64,000 nucleotides of DNA from the human T2T-CHM13v2.0 reference genome, Homo sapiens. The notes below the pieces were generated by a model. That model saw nothing but the letters and a program-made list of their open reading frames with translations, was not told the DNA's origin and did no database searches. The translations under genes and the position numbers were made by a program. Positions 53,729 through 64,000 of the stretch are shown one piece after another (position 1 is the first letter of the stretch; each line of letters opens with the position of its first letter). The DNA is taken from assembly GCF_009914755.1 (NCBI RefSeq), contig NC_060938.1, one strand, 5' to 3'.

Positions 53729-54394
53729 TTTATATCTTATTTTTTTGACACTGTGAACACAGGTATTACCAAAAATAAAAACAGGCATACTAGAGGAGTA
53801 TATACTCCTCTAGTATATCTTTTTCTGAAAGCAGATAATTAATTTAGGTTTATGGTATACATAATATGAAGGTATACATTATATTAGGTGTACATTTATT
53901 TAGGTATATGGTATACATAATATGAAGATTAATTCAGCAAAGCATTTATAAAAATGGTAGATTAGATCTTGAAGATAAGTAACATTCTCTGAATAATTTT
54001 TCTGAATATATAAATCATGAATTGATAATAAGATTTCAAAACAATTCCTCAACTCATTTCTGAGGAGGAAGTACTATTGATGTCCTTGATTTCATAGTAT
54101 CTCATAAAGGTAGAGAAGTTTAGATTATTTGGAGTTTTTGTTTAGTGAGAGAACCATAGTGGGGTGACTTTGAAAATTTGTCTGTGACCTGGCAGTAAGT
54201 GGGGCTTCAGATCCCTATTGAGAATTGAGTTATCTGCCCCAGTGCAGCAATGCCACAGGTGACTTGCAGGTCAACCAGCAAGAATATATAGCATGTCCAG
54301 TTGATACACAAACCAGTATCATATCCAAGGAAAAATGGAGTAAGTATCCCCATGTTCAATGAATGAATGAATATAAGAAATGCGGTAAATCTCT

Positions 54395-54830
54395 AGACTT
54401 CTTTTCGTACATAACTGCAACTTTGTATTCTTCAACCAATATCTTTCTCATTTTTCTCACCGTCCTAGCCCTGGTAGCCACCATTCAAGTATCTCCTTCT
54501 GTGAGCTTGACTGTTTAAATTCCATGTGTAAGTAAGATCATGTGATATTTATCTTTCTGTGTCTGGCTTATCTTACCTAACATAATGTCCTCCAGGTCCA
54601 TCCAGTTGTTACAAGTTTCAGAACTTATTTCATTTTTAAAGCTGAATAATATCTTACTGTATATATGTGTGTGTCTGTATCACATTTTCATCAATTCATC
54701 CATGAATGCACAGTAAGGTTGTTTTCCCATCCTGCCTATTGTGAATAATGTGATGAATATGGGGGTGCAGATATGTCTTTGAGATACTAATTTCATTTCC
54801 TTTGGAGCTATACCTAGAAGTGGGATAATC
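54395..54830 (-). mobile_element. L1MA/MB 3' fragment
   Basis: 'ataactgcaactttgta...gatcatgtgatatttatctttctgtgtctggcttat...atacctagaagtgggat'. Confidence 0.75.
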
Positions 54831-55249
54831 TTGAAGTTCAATCTTGAATATAAATAAACATTTTGTACAAATATTTTTATTAGTGCTAATGATAGAATGG
54901 GAATATGATTTACTGAATCATGATATATGAAAATATCAGCCATAATTTTAAAGATTTATTGTGTCAGGGCTTCAAAATAATGTGTAGGCAAAGAAGGCAC
55001 AAAATGTAATAGGGCTAACTATATTAAAAAATTTATGGATTAAATATGTTAACACTGTGCTAACTATTGTGACTAATTTGGGGAAATTAGGGTATGAGTC
55101 TCATTTTCTTTTTTACTTTATTATATTTTACACATTAAACATTGAACAGTTATTTTTATAATCAAAAATATGAAATTGATTTCATAATCCTGTCCTCATT
55201 CTTAACTAAGCACAGCTGTATATTTTCGTACTTCTGTTAATGGGATGCC

Positions 55250-56110
55250 TTAGATATCTTTTAATCTTCCTTCCTACTCAGCGCCAACATTCAGTTAGTT
55301 ACTAAGACACTTTGTTCAACCTCTAAAATATCTCATATCTGTACTCCCTGACTTCTATTTCTTTTGCTATTGTTTTTGTTCAGTACATCCCCAGTTTTCT
55401 GTTGAAATGTTAAAATAGACTACCAACTGGTTTCCTTGGTTCCAATCCAGCTCCACCTTCTGTTTTTGCCTCAATTTCTCTTCTAAGCTGCTGCCAAAAA
55501 GATATTTTTAAAACACATCTTGGTCATGCTATTGCCCTGATTTTAAAATCTGGAATAACTCCCCATTACCTACAAGATTAGAGACTTTATCATGTCACTC
55601 AAAACTTTCAACAGTCCAGCTTCAATTTGTCTACTGGTTTTTCTTTTGCCCCTAATCCCAGCACATGTGCACACACATGCGCATGCACACACACACAGCA
55701 TTTAATGCATAGAGGGTCCAGTTACCTATACTGCTTGCTACTTGTGAAAGACTCCATGCATTTTCATTTTTGTGCATTTGTATATGTTATTTTTCCTACT
55801 TAACGTTCTTCCATTCTTTCTAAGACTGGCTAACTCTTACGTATTCTTCCATGCACAGTTAAAAATTGTCTTTCCTGTGGCACGCACAAATATTAAACAC
55901 TTGTCAATGCTCCCAGTGTTCTGAAGCTCATCTCTTACACTGTATCATGAATTGCCCTTTGCTCATCTTTGCCATTATGGACAGCTATGCAATTAGTTTA
56001 TAGGAAGCAGGGCCTATAATGTATTCATTTTTTTCTTTAGTTTCCTGAACAATATACAGCATGTTATAGATGTGTTTTCAATAATTTGTGAGTTAAATAT
56101 AAATAAACAA
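55250..56110 (+). mobile_element. L2 fragment(s)
   Basis: L2 motifs 'aactccccattacctacaagat'; 3' end resembling 'tcaataatttgtgagttaaat'. Confidence 0.55.
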
Positions 56111-57864
56111 GTGCCATTAGGCAATTGCTCATTCATTTCTAAGAAAAGTTATATGTTTTCTTTATTACTTATCTGTTCTGGTGAACTAAATGTTGCTATA
56201 TATCTGTTATATGGATTGCTATTTTCTGCTCTTTCTATCCTATTTATTACTTGACACACTGCAATCTGCTTTTCAGTCCCATAACTTATTTGAAAAGATT
56301 CTCACTGGGAGCACCATGACAAGACATACTGCAAAACTCAATGATCTTGTTTACCTATTTTTAATAATTAATTTGTATTAGTTTTGTAGACATTTTTGCT
56401 TACTTAAACACACTTCAACTTTTGAGTCTGTTAAGTACTCTCAGTTTTGAAATTCACCTGTCCTTGGTGATTTCCTACTCATCCCAGATTGGCATTTTTC
56501 TAGCACTGGCCATTACATCTCAGCCTACTGTAAGGATTCCATTTTTTCTTTCATTCCTAAAATGTTGATTTCCCTTTAGCTTCTTTTCTGTGTACTTTAA
56601 TTATCATTCACTGTCTTTAATATAGGCCCCTCCAACCAATAATCAGCATTCCAGATCAAGTGCTTTCTACAAAATATAAATCTGATTGTTTCAGTTCCCT
56701 ATTTAAAAACCCTAAGGATTACCATAAATCAGTTTATGTAAACATTTTTCTTGTGTAATGTGTGTTACATCAAAAGAAGATATGTAAGTTTCAATCCACA
56801 TTAATATAATGGACATCTATGTAATCACCTCACAGGTTAAGAAAACCTCAAAATAAATGAGTTTCTTATAATTCCTACCCTGAATAAACTGTCTTTCATA
56901 TCTCTACCCAAAGATAATCACCATTCTTAATATTGTATTTACTGTTCCCTTGCTTCTTTTAAACTTTCAATTTTAGAAAACTTCTAGATTAATAGAGTTA
57001 TTGTGAAGAAAATAGACTTCTCATATATCTCACCTCAGTTTTCCCTGTTGTTAACATCTGACATTAGCAAGGTACATAATTGTCACAGTTACTGAAAAAA
57101 TATTGATATAGTATTATCAATTAAAACCTGTATATTTTTCAGATTTCCTTGGTTTATTTCTTTAACTTCATGTTTTACTTGAAGGATTCTATCCAGAATA
57201 CAGCAATACTTTTAGTTGTTTTCCCTCTTAGGCTTCTCTTGGTTGAGTCAGTTCCTCAGGTTTTCCTTGCTTTTGATGACTTTGGCAGTTATGAGAATGT
57301 ATGGCCAGGTATGGTTTGTAGAATTCCCTTTGATTAGAATCTGTGTGATATGTTTTTCTCAATCAACTGAGCTATTAAATTTTAAGAAGAATTTAACAGA
57401 GATAAAGTGCCATTCTTATCCTATCATATCAAATGTGCATTCTATCAACATAACTTATCAAATATTGAACCTAGCCTTGATAATCTGGCTAATGTGTTTT
57501 TTGGGATTCTTTCAAATTTTACTGTTTTGCCCCTTTATTCTTTGAAACAAAGTCACTATGTACAGCCCATACTTCAGGAGTGGGGAGCTATTCTCCACCT
57601 CCTTGATGGTGCAGTATCTACATAAATTACTTGAAATTTCTTTGAATGAGATATTTGTCTCTTTTTCTCCCTTTTGCTTATTTATTCAATTATTCATTTA
57701 TACCATTAAATCATGAATATTTATCTTACATTTTAGATTATCATCACATACCACTTTACATATTTTTTTGCTCAAATTGCTCTAGCTTTGGCCATTGTAA
57801 ACTTTCAGATGGTTCCTGTATTCCTCTACCATATCAGTATAATTGTGTTAGGTTGTTTTGAGTA

Positions 57865-58205
57865 TAGATGCTCCTTGATTTATTATGGAATTATGTCTCT
57901 ACAAACCATTGGAAACTGAAAATATTACAAATCAAAAATGTATTTAAGACACATAACCTACTGGTCATCATAATTTAGCTTAGCCTACCTTAGATGTACC
58001 CAGAATACTTTCTCCACAAATGGTCAAAGTAATCTAACACAAAGCCTATTTTATAATAAAGTGTTGAATATCATAATTTATTGAATACTGTACTGAAAGT
58101 GAAAAACAAAATGGTTATACGGGCGCTTAAGATATGGTTTCTACTGAATGCTAATTGCTTTTGCACCATCCTAAAGTGGAACCATTATAAGTTGGGAACC
58201 ACTTG
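57865..58205. mobile_element. MER47A-like Tigger (Tc1/mariner) non-autonomous transposon
   Basis: 'agatgctccttgatt' terminus; body 'ctaacacaaagcctattttataataaagtgttgaatatc...tactgtactgaaagtgaaaaac'; flanked by TA on the left. Confidence 0.75.
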
Positions 58206-58300
58206 CATTTTCTTACTTTCTACACTACAAGATGCTCCAGGCTTATTTTGCATATATCCTGACTCAGTTGTACAATCAGCCATTTCTCCAAGGAGCCCTA

Positions 58301-58620
58301 TTTTATTTTATTTTATTTTACTTTATTTATTATTTTTTGAGATGGAGTCTTGCTCTGTCACCCAGGCTGGACTGCAGTAGCATGATCTTGGCTCACTGCA
58401 ACCTCCACCTCCCGGATTCAAGCGATTCTTCTGCCTCAGCCTTCCTAGTAGCTGAGATTACAGGTGCGTACCCCCATGCACAGCTAATTTTTGTATTTTT
58501 AATAGAGACGGGGTTTCACCATGTTGGCCAGGCTAGTCACGGACTCCTGACCTCAGGTGGTCCGCCTGCCTTGGCCTCCCAAAGTGCTGGAATTACAAGC
58601 ATGAGCCACCACGCCTGGCC
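58301..58620 (-). mobile_element. AluS (Sx/Sz-like)
   Basis: Antisense dimer, 'ctcctgacctcaggtggtccgcctgccttggcc'; (TTTTA)n tail. Confidence 0.92.
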
Positions 58621-59089
58621 CCTAGTTTATTTTATTGAAGAATGGTATTAGAAACCAAAATCTGGGTGCTGGCACTCTTATTGCTAATGGGATGTGGTTG
58701 CTTCTAGGCTGTCTCAACAGACAGAACAAGGAAATATATGTGTGCATACTATCTCCTGCATACACAAACACACAATAATATAGAAATATTCACTACTTGG
58801 TATGTAATCATATATATCTACATTAAGCTAAACATGAGCTTATACTTATGTCTTCAACTCCAATTCACTATTACTTGAATTATTCTAATCTCTCCACCAT
58901 ATCTATAAAATTGGAATTTTAAATTTAAATTTGAAATGTGTATTATTTTGACATAGGTTTGGTTACATAGTTTTTGCTTTGTTTCTATGGTCCTGGTCTA
59001 TCCGAGTATAATATACATTTTAATTACTAACATGTCAAACTTTAAGGTACTAAGGTTGAATACCTTCAAATATTTCCTTTAGGAAATCC

Positions 59090-59470
59090 TGTTTGTTCTT
59101 ACAACTTTCACTGTTATAATTGTGGTCCAAGCCACCAACATATCTCAGTTGTTTCTATGCTAGGAGTTTTCCTCTAACTTATAGTAAAAACCAAAGTTCT
59201 TCTATTGACCCGTAAGACCCTCTGTGATCTGCCTTCCTATTAACTTCTCTGACTTAATACTTAATTTTCTCATATCATTCCACACCATTCCACTTACCTC
59301 CACCCTAGCCTTCATTTCTACAACATGCCAATAATTCCCAACCTCAGGGCATTGCACTTGTAACTCCCTCTGCCAAGAATGTTCTTCCACCAGAACTATG
59401 TACAACATAGGTATTCACTTCCTTCTGATCTTTCTTTAAATATTCACTTCCCAGTGAGGACTTCTGTACT
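59090..59470 (+). mobile_element. L2 fragment
   Basis: 'acctcagggcattgcacttg...ctctgccaagaatgttcttcc'. Confidence 0.6.
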
Positions 59471-59958
59471 ACATGAAATTTATGTGGTTCCCAAGATGAA
59501 GTCAGCTTTAATTTCCTGAATAATATATTGATAAATTTCAGTTTAGATCAACTGGCATCAGAGAGGAAGTTTACATCTTTCATGAAGAAAGGCTCATTGA
59601 GCTCTGTCTGAATTTTCATGGCAAAGACTCTCCTACTCCTTTTCCTCATGGTACTAATCCTACTACAGAGGTTCTTCTGTTCCTATTGGTTGATTGTGGA
59701 AGATCCCACAGTACATAGATTCATGCATCTCACCTTTCCTTTTACCTTTGGACTTATTTGTTACTGTTGAGGCTATATATATGCACTGATTACCCTTATT
59801 GGACCAATAAGGCAACACTGGCACACACGGCATATACATGTTTTATGAACTTTTTTCTGCTCATCACGTATACTCTAGCTTGTTCCAAGGATGCCACTGC
59901 TGCTAATATTGGGCAGATAACATAACTTGACGATATGCAGGAATTAATACTGTATAGC

Positions 59959-60174
59959 AGAGATGAGCAACTATGGCCCAGGGTTCAATCTGGTCTGACA
60001 TCTATTTTTGTAAATAAAATGTAATTAGGTGCCACACATACTCATTTCGGTATTGTCTATGGCTGATTTTTGCACTCTACCAGCAGTGTCAAGTAGTTGC
60101 AACAGAGACCCAATGGTCTGTAAAATTTAAAATATTACTATATGTCATTTTACATTAAAAGTTTACCAATCCCT
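59959..60174. mobile_element. MER58A-like hAT-Charlie DNA transposon
   Basis: 'aactatggccca...tttttgtaaataaa...agtagttgcaacagagacc...aaaagtttaccaatccct'. Confidence 0.75.
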
Positions 60175-60479
60175 CCTCTGTGGGATGAATTTCTGACTAA
60201 CAGTTGATGAAAAAGGAAATATCGTGCTTTCATCAGGTCTCTCCAAGCAGCTTTGTTTTCTGGTGGAGCTATCATCAGTTCAGTGATGTGCCACTTAGTA
60301 TTTGATTTTCTTCCTTCACTGACTTGTTTCCCTTTCCACTTCAGTTTTGGTCACAAAAATTGTATTTTCTCCTTAGGAAAACATCAGTATATAAGGTTTA
60401 TCTCAGTATATGCAATCTAGGAACTACCTTATCACAACACGATTTCAGTATTTCTCCAACACTCCTCATCCCCATTTTG

Positions 60480-60690
60480 CTTTTTCTTTTTAACAAACAG
60501 TATCTAATACACTATGCTGTGCATTTTATTTTTTAAGTCCTTTTTACTGTCTATATCCTGTCACTAGGATGTAGTTTCTATGAAGGCATACACATTTGTT
60601 TTCATTGGATTTTTTTCACTACTCTACCTAAAATCCTAGAACAGTTTCTGGCACATAGTATGCCCTCAATTCACCTTTTGAATGAGTGAA
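60480..60690 (+). mobile_element. L2 3' end
   Basis: 'cctagaacagtttctggcacatagtatgccctcaa...tgaatgagtgaa'. Confidence 0.7.
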
Positions 60691-62005
60691 TTTATTAACG
60701 TTGCACCTTACATCTTCACTTCTTAAAACTGTGAAGCGTTTTTTGTTCCCCAGTGCCTCAGTCACTTTCTTGACAATATTTCACGAAATAGAATTAATGC
60801 TTGCAGAGTTTTATATAACTTTTAGTAAATTTCTCTAGAGATTGGATTCTTTAAAGCTGAAATTCTGCCCTCAGATTCCATACTTTTCTCATTTCAGCCA
60901 CCAGTCCCAGTACCCTAAATTTGACGTTCCTTCTGCCTGACTCACCTGACCCTCACTGCCTGCTGTTGCATATTGCTATGCCTCTTCTTCTATTTATTCC
61001 ATTGCCCTGAGTGTGCAAACCAGCACATGCTCCATGCTTGTCTCTCCATGTGGCTCGGCTTAGTGTTAAGAAAACCCTTGGGCCCCTGTTCCCTCTTCTA
61101 ACAGTGTTGCTATTATTAATGAGCAAATAGGATTCACTTTAAAAATTATAAAAATGACTGGTGAGGGAATTTCAAGAAGATAGCAAAACAAACAAAGGAG
61201 ATTAAATTGGTGATTGATTAATTGGCAAAGGGTGACACAAATAAACTTACCTGCTTTCTTATTTATGTAAATCAAAAAGAATGATTAAAATAACACTATA
61301 ACAATACATAATTTAAGAATACATATATCAGGAAAAAATGAATTAATAAAATATCCAGGCATAGTTTTTAAAAATCATATGATCTGATATTTATAATATC
61401 ACTTTAGGCAGGCCACAACAGTAAACAAAAATGTGTTTACATTGATGACAACAGCAAATGAGACACAGAAACATGGAGAAATCTCACTCCAATAATTCTT
61501 AGAAGTCATTAGAAAGACTACACAAAGCACCAGAATGGACATAAAAATCAGTCACCACTAATGAATGGAACTTTCAAAAGGAAAGTAGACATAACAGAAA
61601 GACATTACAGTAGACATAACAGAAAGACATAGCAGAAATCCATTACATGACTGTACAATGAGCTGTTTTAAATGCTTAATCATGATAGTAAAATGCATAT
61701 ACCAGCTGAGGTACCCTTCCTTTGAGTGCCAAATTAAATCAGCTTGAATCATAGTGCATGTGAATGAGTGCCTGGGGATTTTTCAGTCATCCTGGAGATT
61801 GGGGTATGGAAGGTAGTAGGAAGGTAGTGAAGGGAGGATGGTGTTTGAGCCACTTCTAATTCTACATTACTGCTGCTTTTAAATTAATGAGTGGATCGCC
61901 TTATCTCCCACACTGTGTACACATTCTGTCACTGATGATTCAAGATGAGACACAGAAACCTTATCCTTGATTTCTCTTGGTAAAATTACTCATCCAAGGC
62001 ATGTA

Positions 62006-62010
<5 letters not shown>

Positions 62011-62053
<43 letters not shown>
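62011..62053. repeat. (TG)n microsatellite, about 21 units
   Basis: Visible directly in the sequence. Confidence 0.97.
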
Positions 62054-62057
<4 letters not shown>

Positions 62058-62564
62058 AGCAGAACTTCATTTAGTTTTAGGGTACTTGCAGACTTATCCA
62101 TTATCAGATTGCTTGATATTCTTTTTTTTCTATAAATAATCCATTCACATATTTCCTTCCTCTACAATTCTCTGGGGTTTCACCTCTCTCAAGATCTCCG
62201 AAACTCAGCGCTACAGTCTTCATTTCATATAGCAATTTAACTTCCACTCATACACTCTATGGTTGCTCACTTTTATGTTTCATGGAACTCATCAATGTTT
62301 TGTACAAATAATGAATCATCAGCCACAGGACACAAACTAACTGAGATTTTCAATGTTCACCTTTCCTTTTCCATTATTCACCAATCTGCTTGATGGGAAG
62401 TGAATAAATACAAAGATTTATATCACCAAGCCCATTAATTACAGTATCCACTTAAATGACAGAACTAGATATATTTAGCTTAAAACACTGTTTCTCTCTC
62501 TATTTAATAGCAGTCCTGACATTTAACAAAGCTTCATTCTTAGTAGTAATGATGACTAGAGTAG

Positions 62565-62765
62565 TTAATGAGCACCTTCTCTGAACCAGGCACTGCTAAG
62601 TACAATATATTCATAAGTAAAACTATTAATGGTATTTTACAGATGAGAAAACCATGACTTAAGGATGTTAACTTGCCTCCCTTCACTTAGATTTTAATTA
62701 TTCTGCCTGTGATCCAAACCCATGGAACCTGATCCTCAAACACATATTCTTAACCATTACATTGT
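62565..62765. mobile_element. MIR SINE
   Basis: 'tgagcacc..ccaggcactgctaag', core 'attttacagatgagaaaac', 'tcttaaccattac'. Confidence 0.7.
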
Positions 62766-62837
62766 ATTACATTTGCTGATTAAGAAGAAATGTGGAGATG
62801 CTTACTTGTTTGAGATCATTAATAAGAAATTATTTTT

Positions 62838-63231
<394 letters not shown>

Positions 63232-63695
63232 CTAGAGTTGTGGATGTCTTTTTTTCAATAATGATAAAGTTTAACTTTTTTCTCATTTGCTCACTCTGGG
63301 AAATGGATGGAAGTAAAATTTCACCTGATTTTTTCTTTCTGAAAATATAACCATTTATTTCTCTTCTCCCTGCTGTTCTCTCTTAGCATTACTGTGCTGT
63401 CCAGTTCTTTAATTCAGTCTCTAAATTATGGGTATAGAAAGACCTGTGATTTAGAACACAGTTGTGAGAGAAGGAAAATGAAGAACTATCATTGAGCTGA
63501 GAAAGGTTTACAAGAATCTCAAACACACATAAATCAATATTTTATATTTGGACTTGTTTGAATTACAAGAGCACAAGATTTGTGATCTTCAACATAAATT
63601 AGCCCTTCTCTTATGTTTATGTTTTTCCTTCATAATGATCATCTTGCTTGCCTTAGTCTCTTAGTCTAGGAATATGTAAGATAATTCTTAAATTC

Positions 63696-63856
63696 CTTTT
63701 TTTTTTTTTTTTTTGACAGAGTATCTCTCTGTTTTCCAGGCTGGAATGCAGTGGTACATCTCTGCTCACTGCAATGTCCACCTCCTAGGCTCAAGCGATT
63801 GTCCTGCCTCAGCCTCCTGAGTAGATGAGACGACAGGCACACACCACGCCCTGTTG

Positions 63857-63896
<40 letters not shown>

Positions 63897-64000
63897 TTTG
63901 TAATTTTAGTAGAGACGGGTTTCACTTTGTTGGCCAGGCTGGTCCTGAAATCCTGGCCTCAAGTGATCCATCCACACTGGCCTCCCAAAGTGCCGGGATT
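63696..64000 (-). mobile_element. AluJ-like element with expanded (TTA)n linker, cut by the window end
   Basis: Poly(T), 'ggctcaagcgatt', 'cctggcctcaagtgatcc'. Confidence 0.88.

Larger units (their letters stand above)
56960..58900 (-). mobile_element. L1MC/MD-type 3' region interrupted by MER47 and an Alu
   Basis: 'cctcagttttccctgttgttaacatct', 'aagatgctccaggcttattttgcatatatcctg', 'ggtattagaaaccaaaatctgggtgct'. Confidence 0.7.

Overview
This is AT-rich, repeat-dominated human genomic DNA; an AluYb8 at 17727 is human-specific. The window has no intact protein-coding, rRNA or tRNA gene and no CRISPR array. The only gene-derived sequence I recognise is the 3' end (TM6-TM7 and C-terminus) of an olfactory receptor pseudogene, family-10-like, on the minus strand at 26667-26909. 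It is fused directly to the interior of an old L1 whose 5' region carries about 10 tandem ~113-bp monomers. The rest is nested transposable elements: several L1s (one internally deleted, one with a twin-priming 5' inversion), Alus, solo LTRs (THE1, MLT1/2, MST, MER52, CpG-rich LTR12), L2/MIR, MER DNA transposons and microsatellites. Most listed ORFs are repeat-derived or chance ORFs. I do not see a new biological system. The most interesting signals are mutational scars and possible regulatory remnants: the OR/L1 deletion junction, templated insertions, a perfect 85-bp tandem duplication in an old L1, a perfect 30-bp palindrome, and an LTR12 promoter pointing toward the OR remnant. Subfamily names come from recall of consensus sequences and need RepeatMasker/Dfam confirmation.
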